This document shows positions 36,423 to 49,300 of a DNA stretch of 64,000 bases, one piece after another (the first letter of the stretch is position 1; each line of letters starts with the position of its first letter). Source of the DNA: Malacoraja senta (taxonomy: Eukaryota). The stretch covers positions 6,636,001 to 6,700,000 of the forward strand of contig CM075997.1 in assembly GCA_038087875.1 (NCBI GenBank), given 5' to 3'. Made by a program: the position numbers and the translations under genes. The notes beneath the pieces are model-generated. The model did no database searches. It saw nothing but the letters and a program-made list of their open reading frames with translations, and was not told the origin of the DNA.

Positions 36423-37608
36423 CACTCAAATACACCTGGACCATTTCCGACACTTACCTACCATTCCTTGACCTCACTATCTCCATCGCAGGTGATAGAC
36501 TCCTTACCGACATCCACTACAAACCTACCGACTCCCGTGGCTATCTGGACTACACTTCTTCCCACCCTGCTTCCTGTAAGGACTCCATCCCCCACGCCCA
36601 ATTCCTCCGTCTACGCCGCATCTGCTCCCAGGATGAGGCGTTCCACACCAGGGCATCTGAAATGTCCTCATTCTTCAGGGAACGGGGGTTCCCCTCCTCC
36701 ACCATAGATGAGGCTCGCACCAGGGTCTCTGCCATACCCCGCAACGCTGCTCTCTCTCCCCATCCCCCCACTCACAACAAGGACAGAGTCCCCCTAGTCC
36801 TCACCTTTCACCCCACCAGCCGTCACATACAACAAGTGATCCTCCGTCAGTTTCGCCACCTCCAACGTGACCCCACCACGCGCCACATCTTCCCATCTCC
36901 CCCATGTCTGCCTTCCGCAAAGACCGCTCCCTCCGTAACTCCCTTGTCAATTCTTCCCTTCCCTCCCATACCACCCCCTCCCCTGGTACTTTCCCTTGCA
37001 ACCGCAAGAGATGCAACACTTGTCCCTTCACCTCCCCCCTCCACTCCATTCAAGGACCCAAGCAGTCGTTCCAGGTGCGACAGAGGTTCACCTGCATCTC
37101 CTCCAACCTCATCTATTGCATTCGCTGCTCTAGATGCCAGCTGATCTACATCGGTGAGACCAAGCGGAGGCTTGGCGATCGTTTCGCCGAACACCTCCGG
37201 TCGGTCCGCAATAACCAACCTGAACTCCCGGTGGCTTAGCACTTCAACTCCCCCTCCCATTCCGTATCTGACCTCTCTGTCCTGGGTCTCCTCCATGGCC
37301 ACAGCGAGCAACACCGTAAATTGGAGGAAATGCACCTCATATTCCGCTTGGGCAGTCTACATCCTGGGGGTTTGAACATTGAATTCTCCCAATTCTGCTA
37401 GCCCTTGCTGTCCCCTTCCCTTCATCAGCCATCTGGTTGTCTCCCCTCCTCCAGCCCTCGGGCTCCTCCTCCGCCTTTTTTCTTTTTTCCTTTCTTCTCC
37501 CCACCCCCTATCAGTCTGAAGAAGGGTTTCGGCCCGAAACGTTACCTATTTCCTTCGCTCCATAGATGCTGCTGCACCCGCTGAGTTTCTCCATCATTTT
37601 TGTGTACC
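36423..37608 (+). mobile_element. 5'-truncated Penelope-like element (RT C-terminus + GIY-YIG endonuclease)
   Basis: LPFLD, YKPTD, YLDYTSSHP, CNRKRCNTC and NLIYCIRC...YIGETKR..RFAEH motifs; one frameshift near 36900. 13-bp TSD TATCATTCAAACA at 36410-36422 and 37609-37621. The empty site is seen at 61558-61570. Confidence 0.95.
37512..37548 (+). ncRNA. Minimal hammerhead ribozyme-like motif in the Penelope 3' repeat
   Basis: CUGAAGA core, stem II GGGU-UUCG-GCCC, GAAA and palindromic AACGUU. Stem I pairing is weak. Confidence 0.6.
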
Positions 37609-39154
37609 TATCATTCAAACATGTTGGTTTCCAGTGGATGAAAGTGCTTGACTATCTCAGTGGGTCAGTCGGCATCTCTGGAGGATATAGACAGGCGACG
37701 ATTCGGATCGGGACGCTTCTACGGACTCTATCCACTCGTTCTTCAGAGGGAACCTGCTTGAACAAGGGTCCCGCTCCAATACGTCGCACAACCATGTCTT
37801 CCACAGACGCTGGCTGAGGCGTTGAGTTACTCCAGCACGTTGTGTTCCACGCAAGATTCCAGCATTTGAAGATGAGAGTGTCTACAATAAGAGGCCGAAT
37901 CCCTAAACAATTCCCACGAGCCTTCCAGTAAAACAACGCAACGTTACTTGTAGACACAGAATGAAACAACATTGAAACAGACCCTTTCAGATTTTTCTCT
38001 TCTCGCCTTAAATGTGTGACTTTCACTTTTAGACTTCACGACACCTGAAAAAATACAGTGAAGGGCAACCTTCCGACACACCTCGTGACTCCGCGTACCT
38101 CTTTTAGATCAACGCACCAGCCTCCACCGCTCCAGGAAACATGTCCCAGCTTATCCGGCCGCTCTTATAACTGAAGCCCTCCCTGTCCCGGAACCGTCTG
38201 TCACAAGATACAAAGAACTTTAGGTGCTGGTTACAAAAAGAGACACAACATGCTGGAGTAACGCATTGGACAAGGCAGCATCTCTGCAGTACGTTGATAG
38301 ATGATGTTTCGTGTCACGACCTTTGTTCAGAATGATTGTGGTGGGGTGGAGGAGGGGGAAGTGATATCGGCGTGGGCAGAACAAAGCCCGGTGAGTGATA
38401 GGCGGATACAGATTAGGTTTGTTTTGAGAGACAGATTAATATACAGTGGGTAGGTATTAAAAAAGAGCAGGTGTAATACAAAATGATTGAATAGCTACGA
38501 ATTGCGAGGCGGGGCCAAGTCATCCACCAGGCCAGGCTCGAACTCGTCGGACCGAGGACTCGCTCAACGTGGACGGAGGACCCACCCGGAAGGCTCGGCT
38601 TGCCCAACGTGGCCTGCAAACTCGGCCCCGAGCCACTGGCGACGAAGTGACCTGCGCCGCCGAGAGCGCGAAGACCACAATATTTTGAGAGCGATGCGGG
38701 CCATCGGAGCTTGAGGAGGGCCGTGAGACAGTGAGGGAACAGTCGGAAAACGACTGGGACATCGGAGAGCGCGAAGGGCTGTTGGAGAACGAGGGGTACC
38801 GTAGGAAAGCCGTTGGAGAGCGAAGAGGGCCGTCGGAGATCGAGGGGACCGCCGAAAGCGAGGATGGACGTCGAGAGCGAGTAGCGGCGCCGATAGCGAA
38901 GGGAGAACCCGGCAGTGTGGGGGGGGGGGGGCGTGTATGGTGGAATGCGGAAGGGGGGGGGGAGTGTGGGTGCGGGGAGGGGGCGTGTAGATTAGGCTGT
39001 CTTTATTATATCTATCACCACACACATTATGCATGCTGCACATACTTTATGTAGTCCATTCCAGATCTGCATCCCTTCCCTGGACTGCTAGTATAGTTAA
39101 GTTAACGCGTCACTGTCTCCAGGCAGACTTGATGCAGACCACGGGGATGAAAGC

Positions 39155-39850
39155 ATGTAATGTTCCCTCCGCTTCTACTGCTATACAGACTATGTTATTA
39201 CCTCTGTGTATGGGTCTCATCATTCAACATGGTGTCAGAAAGTATGGAGCCCTTACTCGCCTAGTTTGGTTCCAATTTGTTTTCGTTTGTTTTTTTAGTT
39301 GTTCGTTTTTCACTATGGATGGTGCACTTCGTAAGTCTGAACCACTTGTATTTGGTGGCGCCAACGCTGTGCGCTAGCGCATCTTTGAAGAGGACTTCAC
39401 CATGTATATCCGTAAGCACATCAAGCTGCAACGCCAGATGTTCGTGCCTCCGTTGTACTCAATCTGGTTGGTACAGAAGCCACTCGACGTGCATGCCGAT
39501 TCCACTACGCCCTAGCCCAGGTAAACACTGCCGGAATTCAGATAGTCCCGGCAGAATCTATAGACGATCCCGTCTGCCTTCTGAATAAGTTCAGACAGCT
39601 GTGTGAGCTACGCACCAATGTCGTAATGGAGCGCCACAGGTTATTTTTTGCGCAGCCAAATGCAAGGTGAGTCTGTCGAAGCCTATATCAGCTATTTGAA
39701 GCACATCACCAGCTGATGCGAGTTTGAAAATCTATGTGATAGTCGACAGACTGGTTTATGGCATTCTCAATGATAAGATGCGTGATGAACATACGTGATG
39801 CAGACCTCACTCTGGAAAGGGCTGAGAATCATTGTCGCGTTGCAGAGATG
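39155..39850 (+). mobile_element. Ty3/Gypsy remnant: LTR end, PBS and gag fragment (deleted paralog at about 63100-63450)
   Basis: CAACA|TGGTGTCAGAA (tRNA-Leu-type PBS) at 39225-39240. 39600-39850 translates to NVVMERHR..GESVEAYI..CEF..DRLV.GI..DLTLERA. Confidence 0.7.
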
Positions 39851-39857
39851 ACAGACT

Positions 39858-40842
39858 CAATAGACAATAGACAATAGACAATAGACAATAGACAATAGAC
39901 AATAGACAATAGACAATAGACAATCGGTGCAGGATTAGGTCATTTAGCCCTTCGAGCCAGCACCACCATTCAATATGATCATGGGTGATCATCCCAAATC
40001 AGTATCCCATTCCTGCTTTCCCCCCATTTCCCCCGACCCCGCTATTTTTAAGGACCCTATCGAGCTCTTTCTTGAAAGAAAGAGAACCTGCCTCCACCGC
40101 CCTCCGAGGCAGAGAATTCCACAGACTCATCACTTTCTGTTAGAAAAAGTGTTTCATCGTCTCCGTTCTAAATGGCCTACTCGTTATTCTTAAACTGTGG
40201 CCCCTGGTTCTGGGCTCCCCCAACATCGGGAACATGTTTGCTGCCTCCAGCGTGCCCAAACCTTTAACAATCGTATATGTTTCAATAAGATCCCCTCTCA
40301 TCCTTCTAAACTCCGGAGTGTACAAGCCCAGCTGCTCCATTCTCTCAGCATATGACAGTCCCGCCATCCCGGGAATTAACCTTGTAAACATGTGCTTCAC
40401 TCCCTCAATAGCAAGAATGTCCTTCCTCAAATTAGGGGACCAAAACTGCACACAATAATCCAGGTGAGGTCTCACCAGGGCTCTGTACAAATGCAGAAGG
40501 ACCTCTTTGCTCCTTTAATCGTCTCCTCTTGTTATAAAGGCCAACATTCCATTCGCTTTCTTCACTGCCTTCTGTACCTGCATGTTACTTTCATAGACTG
40601 ATGAAAAAGGACCCCCAGATCCCGTTGTACTTCCCCTATTCCCAACTTGACGCCATTTAGATAGTAATCTGCCTTCCTGTTTTTGCTACCAAAGTGGATA
40701 ACCTCAAATGTATCCACATTAAACGTTATCTACCATGCATCTGCCCACTCCCCCAACTTGTCCAAGTCACCCTGCATTCTCATAGCATCCTCCTTAAAGT
40801 TCACTCTGCCACCCAGCTTTGTTTCTTCTGTAAATTTGCTAA
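39858..40842 (-). mobile_element. CR1 3' fragment with (CAATAGA)n tail
   Basis: YRALVRPHLDYCVQFWSP motif; tail repeat at 39858-39924. Confidence 0.92.
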
Positions 40843-40939
40843 TGGTCGAAGTACCATGGTCCGATCTATGGTATCGGTTTGATCGTCCATATTTCCATAT
40901 TTAGTCAAATAGAAGTTATTTCTAAAGACGTGTTTGAAT

Positions 40940-41163
40940 GAACTGCAGTTACTGGTTTAAACCGAAGATAGACACAAAAAGCTGGAGTAACTCATCGGGA
41001 CAGGCTATATCTCTGGAGAGAAGGAAGGGGTGGCGTTTCGGGTCGAGACCCTTCTTCGGATAATTTCTTCAGTCTGAAGAAGCGTTTCGCAACTTCACCC
41101 ATTCCTTCTCTCGAGAGATGCCTCCAAACGCAATTAGTTACTCCAGCATTTTGTTTCTATCTT
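40940..41163. mobile_element. Fold-back element made of two inverted Penelope-type terminal repeats
   Basis: 40964-41060 and 41071-41163 are imperfect reverse complements. Each has a decayed CTGAAGA...GAAAC motif. Confidence 0.7.
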
Positions 41164-42313
41164 CTACTTTATTTCTAAAGTGCTGATATTCTTGAAACAA
41201 CTTCAAATATGTCATTAAATCAAAGAATGTCTTCATGTTTTTGTGGGAATTTAAAGGGTGAAGAAAGGCGCGAATGGAAGAACAGGCAAAGATAATGACC
41301 GGGAGGCGTGGTTGTGCACAACTTTCAGCCACTGTTTTCCGCTCTGATGCATGTTGTCCCTGAGGTAAACATGCTTCGATGAGATAATTTCGCCCACTGC
41401 AGTTTTAATCAGTAATGCCATATTGCAAGAACGAACATCGGTTATCACAGCCGACCATATTTCAGAAACCAGCCTCCTCCCATGCTATACAGCAAGATAA
41501 ACTGTAAAGTTGAACCACTTTCGTGAAAGACGACGTTTTCATTTACAAGCTATTGTGTAATTCATTTGTGTTTTCGATGGAGAGGGATTTCTCGCTGAGG
41601 AAGCTTGAGTCGACATTTTTCCCCTGCTTCTATGCAAAACATTCAATTCCAATTCACTTTATCTGACACCAGTTTAAAAAAAGTTGTATCAAATGCTACA
41701 GTTACCACAGAATGTGTTGCACTCGTGTCCCAGGCATCAATAACCCTTTGTTGCGGAATTATATTACTGCGATAATCAATTGTCAGCGCTGCGTTCTTTG
41801 GTGTAATTTTTGAATTTAGCATTAATTAGAATATATTAATTATGCATCGGGTGGATAAAACACATTTCCAATGGTCCATTCCTTTTTATAAAATGTTGTA
41901 TTTACCGTGGAAAAGTACACGAATGCCGTTGATTTCAGGAACGCAAAAAGTTATGCCCTGAAGCATATCAACGTGGCGGTGAAGGACATGCGGGTGTTGG
42001 TGAGCGCATAACATTTGATAAAGTTCATGAACTGACCTGGTGTGAACTAGTAGACTTGGGCAGCAATCGTGGAGACTACCGAGGTCGCGGGAAAAAAATC
42101 GACCTTTCTTCGCCACAGGGATGGTATTGGAAGACGAGAGCATCAAATACTGTACATTCATTTCACAAGGGTTGCAATCTCAATTCATGGATTTACTGAC
42201 TACTGAACCTGATATCAACGACTTGAAAGATACTGGGGATGATTCTAAAGCACACGATTTATTTGTATTTGAAAATCATGGTCTGTTTCGGGACACTTTG
42301 AAGCGCAACATTT

Positions 42314-44390
42314 TTATTTTTTATTTTTTATTTATATATATTTTTTATTTTTTTATTAGAAGTATTGTACAGTACAGTGATCTCAAACAAACATAAAATT
42401 ATACATTTCTTGTACCACTTCTTATTTTAAACTTTAATAAGAAAAAGGATAGAAAGAGTTAGCAAAGATAGTAAGTGAGTGATTGAAAGAGTGGTCCAAG
42501 AACACCCATAGGGACCTAAACTACAAGAAAGAGTTAAACAAAAGAGGAAAACGAAAAGAAGGAAAAATAAAAAAAAGTAAGATAAGGTAAGACAAGATAA
42601 AAGGGATGTACCTACTTCATATCTTTACTCACCCCTCACCAGGTCCTGAAACCATTTTTTATCAAAATTTTGTTGCACCCTATATTTGTAATAACTCGAT
42701 AAATGGAGACCAAATCTTTTGGAAATGGTCTGGTTTACCTGCTAAGAGGAATCTCATATCTTCTAGCTGTAACAGTTCCGACATATTAGAAATCCACATT
42801 TTGTCGTTGGCATGGGAGCGTTTTTCCAAAATTTCTGTATAAGTTTTTTTTGCCGTTATTAAGCCATAATTAAGAAAGCTCCTTTGAAACGAAGTCAGCT
42901 CCAAACTGGCTTCGATTGTTCCAAAAATGATCAGTTCTGCATTCGGTTTCAGTTTTATTTTAAATAATTTCGTGAACATTTCAAAGATTTCATTCCCAAA
43001 TTTTTGAATTTTTATACAAAAAACAAAGGAATGTGCTATATTTGCTTCTTGAGTTAGACATTTATCACAGATAGAAGAGACATTTGGGTAAAATTTACTT
43101 ATTTTAGCTTTTGAATAGTATAATCTATGTATAATTTTGAATTGAATTAGAATGTTTCTTACGTTAATCGAGCATTTATGCACATATAACCAGTGTTACA
43201 GGTATGATATTAAATTAGTTGATTCCGCTTTTATATTCCTTGTCTCGTCTAATAGGTCTGGAGACATATTTTGATATTCTTGTGTATATTTTTTCAAATA
43301 GTCACGTATTTGAAAATATTTAAAATATTGATTACTACTCAAGTTGTATTTAAGTTGTAGTTGGTGAAATGTTAAAAAACTTCCATTATCATACATATCT
43401 CTAAACGTTTTAATTCCTAATCTATCCCAGTGTGTAAACGATTTTTCTATCGTAGAAAGTTTAAACGAAGGACTATTCATTATAGGTGAAAGAAGCGATA
43501 GATTTCTTAATTTTAAAGTTAATTTTATTTGTTTCCAAATTCTAATTGTACTATGGATAATTGGATTTTTACTATATAATGTATTCTTCAATTTTGTTGG
43601 TGAGAGAAGGATCGCTCCTATTTTTAAAATGGGAACAATTCTCTCTCTCCATTACTATCCAATCCACCTGCTGGGCCGAGTTGTCCAACAGGTGAATCAT
43701 ATTTTTGACATTTGCGGCCCAGTAATAATACAAGAAATTAGGGAGTAATAATCCGCCAAATTCTTAAGGTTTGCACAAATGTCTTCTTTGAATTCTATGG
43801 GATTTATAGTCCCATATACAATTTGTAATATCAGCATCCAGTTAAAAAAAAAATAATTGGTAAGTATATCGGTATTGACTGGAAAAGATATAACATTTGT
43901 GGTAAAAAAATAATTTTATAGCATTTATTCGGCCTATTAGAGACATCGGGAGAGTCTTGCATAATTTAATCAGTATGTTTAGTTTATTGAGTAAGGGCAT
44001 ATAGTTTGCATTAAATAAAGATTTATATTTTCTAGTAATTTCAATTCCCAAATATTTGAATTTTTCTGAAGCGATTTTAAAAGGGAATTTTAACAGGTGT
44101 GTTGGGTCTTGGGGTTTTATCGTCATAATTTCACTTTTATTCCAATTTATTCTATATCCTGAAAAGGATCCAAATTCCTCTATTAGATTTAATATATTTG
44201 GTATACTGATTTGTGATTTTGTAATATATAATAGTACATCATCTGCATATAATGATATTTTATTATTTGAGTATTTTGTATTATAACCATGGATGTTCGG
44301 ATGTATTCTAATAGTTTCCGCTAACGGTTCTATTACAAGAGCAAACAGCAGAGGTGATAATGAACATCCCTGTCTATTTCCCCTTGATAA
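42314..44390 (-). mobile_element. 5'-truncated L1 fragment of a second, diverged subfamily
   Basis: RQGCSLSP, YADD, FKYLGI and CDKC motifs; A-rich tail. 10-bp TSD CGCAACATTT at 42304-42313 and 44391-44400. Confidence 0.93.
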
Positions 44391-45003
44391 CGCAACATTT
44401 GACTAGAGATATTTTGCATGGATTTTTCGTGGACGATTTAGTCTAAAAAATATGATTGTTTCGTTACGGTCTGACAAGTAGATTGGGGGGGGGGGGGTTG
44501 GCGTGAGGAATGGACAGTGTGAACATTTGGAAGACATTTGATAAGATACGCTTCTACAGTATGTTATAATACAGGAGATTCACTATTGGACAACAAATTG
44601 GATACCCAATTGGCTTGGTGGTTGTGGAGAATTGCATTGCAGATTGGAGACAAGTAACTACTGCAGTGCCACAGTGAAGGTGATGCCTCCTTTATTGTTT
44701 GTCGCGTATATTAATAATTCTTTGGAATAAACTACCGAATTATGTGATATAATTACATCGCTTACATGTGAGTTCGACTGATGCATTGCGAGGGAATAGG
44801 GGAGTGGGACAGGCTGAGTGGAATGGAGTGGGATAGGCTTAGTAACGATCAGGTTCAGCATGCGGATGTTGCACGAAAGAGTCTGCTCGCGTCCGTTTTA
44901 TTCGACGATACTACAACTATAAATTAATGCCACACTGATAGACCCGCGGGAGCATAAGAACATGTATTTTTAAATTTAAGTAACTTGCAGTTAAACGTGC
45001 ACT

Positions 45004-45902
45004 TTAACTATGAAATTTTCCTTTTAATTGAAACAGATACTTCAGTCCATTCCTCAGCTCCGCTCTGAATTTTCTCTGTGTAAGTGTGTATATACACGTG
45101 TTGGTGCACATACTGAGTATTTGCAACATAAATCCGAACTGTTGTAGGATATATGTCGGGCTATTCAAATACCGGTCTGTATACGAATAATTTTGCATCT
45201 GCCAAGTCAGTGAAACTACTACATAAGGTATCCAAAGTAAAATAAAATTACTTGATATTGCGAACAACAAAAACATTGACTTTCTCCTGTTCACCACTTC
45301 GGCATCATCCTTAGTGTCGCTGCTGTTCCGAAGTTCTCTGCAGACTTTATTTGACGCTATGATATTTTTGATCCTTAATCCATTGAACAGCAGAATTAAA
45401 CAGATTGGTAATAAAGGTGTTAAGATACTATCCAGTATCTCGAATCCTTTCCAGAAAGATGAAATGAGGTAATCCGTTGTTAAGACGCAGCCCCATGGCA
45501 CGTTGTCAATTATGACATTAGACCCCATCACGAAGTAAAAGGGAACGCCCCTGGCGCAGCTGACTGCAACCACAGTCACCATGACCACAGTTGCAGTTCT
45601 CTCTTTGCAGTACCGTTCACGCAACTTTTGACAACAAATTGCAATAAAGCGATCAAAAGTAAAACTGACCGTAAGCCATACAGAACATTCCATGGTTATA
45701 ACGCTCAGTACAATTGTCAGAGAGCATAACGGAGTAATGAGCAAGAAATCAGCATAAGCATATATATAATTAGTCTGTTGCACTATTGCAATAACGAAAA
45801 CCACCATCAGGTCGGCTGTTGCCATTCCCATCAGATAACGGGTGATGCACTTGCAGAGTCCGCATTTTCCCCGAGAGAGTATTGCGATCGCAATTGAATT
45901 GA
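45004..45902 (-). CDS. GPR139-like class A GPCR (copy 3), exon 2; intact when spliced to 59307-59376 (322 aa)
   Basis: Pyrimidine tract and CAG acceptor at 45905-45903. Open frame (V)NSIAIAILSRGKCGLCKCITRYLMGMATADL..FTFDRF..TPLLP..LWIPY..NTCIY to TAA. 70+899=969 nt. Confidence 0.92.
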
Positions 45903-46373
45903 CTGAAAGTAGTTAAGAAAATGAAAAAGTTATGAGTATAAGCAAAAGTGCACCTGCTTCAAACTTGATCCGTTTTACTTTAGTTCCGCGCGGGAAACAT
46001 ACGCGGAATGGATCTATTCTTTTCCTGGTGTTTTGTAGTTCTAGATGGGTGAGAATCTGAGAGGGGATTTCCAGGACGTCCACGCTCCGCTGCTCAGCTT
46101 CACGCGAAGACACATCGGACAGCAGTGACAATTGTGCCGGCTATCTCACGCCAGTTTGGGGCGGAGCACGTGAAGCCCAGGACCCACATCCTCAGTTACC
46201 GAGGCATTATTCATGGTTTGCCTTAAAAAAAATTAAGTAGTATTGATGTTTGCTCTAAAAGAAACAGACATTGTGTTTCTCAGGGTGTAACATATTTGAG
46301 AAGGAAACAACTGCTTTAAAAATAAATCTGGCGGAAAAACAACTAACAGGAACAACAGAGCGAAGTTTGATGT

Positions 46374-49300
46374 TGTGAGGTTCAAAATCACAAACGCTTT
46401 TAGAGACAAAGTCAAGCAAAGAAGCTTTTTATTTAGATCATATTCTGCAGAATAGGTGCCTCTCCTCTGATATCCCCTAGAGGCACACCGAGGATCGGGA
46501 TGTCTTCTATCTTTATACATTTCATGGGTACTATTGTCACACCCTCATTCCTCCCCATTGAGCATCTTCCAATCATAACATAAAGCCCACATTCCCACGA
46601 GAACGTCCTGGAACGTCCACCCAACGTCAAAGACACCTCCAATATCATGCATAGCATGTGCATTTAAATTAGGCAACTTGTCATAGTGGGTGTGTGTACA
46701 CATTCATGTAAGTTCATTAGGCATGCGCAGATATGTTTGACCTTATGTACTTTCTCCCTTTTTACTTACTTTTCAAATCTTCTGCTGAAGTCTTTTTAAT
46801 TGCTACTATTTATCTAGAATTCTCTCTGTTCTATATATCGTTATTTTCTATTCTACCAGCAGTCTGGCTTTTGCTGACACCTTATTTCTTTCTAAATTAT
46901 ATTTCTAACGCTGAATCATATCATTCCTCTTTTTCCCATAAGTCCAGAGGAGTTGCAATATTAATTCGTAAAGGAATACCTTTTACGAACTCTTCAACAA
47001 TAGTGGATATTGACGGTAGATATATTATATTTGTTGGGGAGTTAAATGGAGAAAAAATGATTCTTCTTAATGTATATGGGCCTAACTTTGATAACCCCAT
47101 GTTTTTTAATAAAACATTTAATAAAATTCCTGAATTTACACAATATAAATTAATAATTGGCGGAGACTTCAATTGTACATTAGATTCATATTTAGATAGA
47201 TCATCAAGGCAAAAAAAAGTTAAATCTCAATCAAGTGTATTTCTAAATTCATTTATTAATACCACTAATATTAAGGATGTCTGGAGAATAGAAAACCCAA
47301 CTGGACGGGAATATTCATTTTACTCACCAGTACATAAAACATACTCAAGAATAGATTATTTTTTAGTTGACTCTATGTTTATCCCATTTATTTATAATTC
47401 AAAATACCATAACATTATAATCTCAGATCACGCACCTGTAACATTCATGATTAAATTAAATGGAATGTCCGAGAAACAAACATATTGGAGATTTAACCCA
47501 CAAATTTTGAACGAAAGATCATGCCAGGAATATATTATTAAACAGATTCAAATATTTTTTGAGGTAAATGACAACCCTGACACACCTACTTCTCTTATGT
47601 GGGAAACGTTTAAAGCGTTTGTTCGAGGTACATTAATTTCCGCTCAAGCATTTTACAATAAAGAGAACAGGATTAAGCAACAAACATTGGAAAGTGAAAT
47701 CAAGCAACTAGATATAGAAAATGCGAGAATGCCATCTATTTTAAAACATAATAAAATTGCTGTATTGAAATATAAATTAAATAAAATGTATTCAGAACAA
47801 GTAATAAAACTTTATCAAAAAACCAAACAATTACATTTTGAATTTGGAGACAAACCACAAAAACTATTAGCACGTCAGTTACGAAAAATGGAAGGGGAAA
47901 AAATAATTCATAAAATTAGAACAGAGACAGGAGAATTATTAAAAATGCCCAAGGACATAAATGATAGATTTCTCCAATACAATCATAACCTTTATTCAAC
48001 TAAAACCATAGGACAATCAGAAGAAATAGCAGATTTTTTACTAAAATGTAATTTAAAAGGTTTAGACTCAAACGATAGAGAATTATTAGAAAGGGAGATT
48101 ACCATAAAAGATATTGAGGAGTCTATTGGCTCTTTAAAAAATGGTAAAGCAGTAGGACCAGATGGTTTAGGCTCCGAATTTTATAAAAAATTTTATGATT
48201 TGCTTTGCCCACGTTTACAAAGACTGTATGAGTATATCTATACTCAACAGAAACTTCCAGACACTTTAAATGAATCTATAATAACACTTATTCCTAAAGC
48301 TGATAAAGATCCGGAAGACCCGGGATCATATAGAGCAATTGCACTTTTAAATACAGATCAGAAAATATTAACTAAAATACTAGCGCATAGATTAAGTACA
48401 GTGATGAATAAATTAATACACCCTGACCAAACAGGCTTTATTCAGAAACGGTACTCATATTATAATCTAAGAAGATTATTTAATATTATATATTCCAAGA
48501 GAATTATTAATGAAGATCTAGCAATAATCTCACTTGACGCTGAAAAAGCATTTGATCAGGTCGAATGGTCTTATTTATTTTCGGTGATGGAAAATATGCA
48601 GCTAGGGGAGAAATTCTGTACATGGATAAAACTGTTATATACAAATCCCACGGCTAGAATATTTACAAACCAAAGGTTGTCATCTAAATTTAGCCTATCT
48701 AGAGGTTGTAGACAAGGATGCCGTTATCTCCATTATTATTTGCGCTTGCTATTGAGCCACTTGCAGAAAGAGTCAGGGGGCATCCGGAAATACACGGGTA
48801 TAACACAAAGGACACAGTGAATAAAATTTCTCTATACGTAGATGATGTATTAATTTACATTACAAAACCAGAAATAAGTATTCCAAACTTATTAAAGCTA
48901 ATAACCCAATTTGGTTCACTTTCAGGATACAGAATAAATTGGAATAAAAGTGAAATTATGCCAATAAGGGAACATAACAAACAGATAATACAACAATTTC
49001 CATTTAAAATAGTAAAGGAAAAATTTAAATATCTAGGTATTTATGTAACTAAGATATATATATCATTATTTAAAGCAAATTTTCCACCATTACTGAATAA
49101 ACTACATAAGAATATTCAATACTGGAAAACACTTCCTATCTCAATGGTTGGCAAAATTAATGCCATAAAAATGATTTTTTTACCGCAAATATTATACCTT
49201 TTTCAGACAATTCCGATATATCTGGCAAAAAACTTTTTTAAATAACTGGACTCTATTGTTAATGTTTTTATCTGTGATTATAAGAATCATAGGCTAAACA

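Larger units (their letters stand above)
34527..40400 (+). repeat. Segmental duplicate of 59739-64000 (GPCR upstream region)
   Basis: Collinear, roughly 90% identical by eye. This copy has an extra Penelope insertion and two blocks (about 35491-35610 and 39442-39791) that the other copy lacks. Confidence 0.95.

Noticed and set aside
38487..39054. GC-rich overlapping ORFs (also 62433-62987)
   Set aside because: No recognisable domain, and the frames are not conserved between the duplicates. Probably an unclassified repeat.
45004..45902. Assigning the symbol GPR139
   Set aside because: These are tandem lineage-specific paralogs, and orthology cannot be shown without a tree.
46233..46663. ORFs within the LTRs (also 58222-58626) as viral accessory genes
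   Set aside because: Short, with no motif, and with different starts and ends in the two LTRs.
46733..48820. 695-aa ORF fusing a hydrophobic N-terminus to L1 ORF2
   Set aside because: The first 58 or so residues are antisense T-rich LTR sequence, and the frame is not kept in the 5' LTR. The endonuclease start is missing and RT is frameshifted, so this is a chance fusion.
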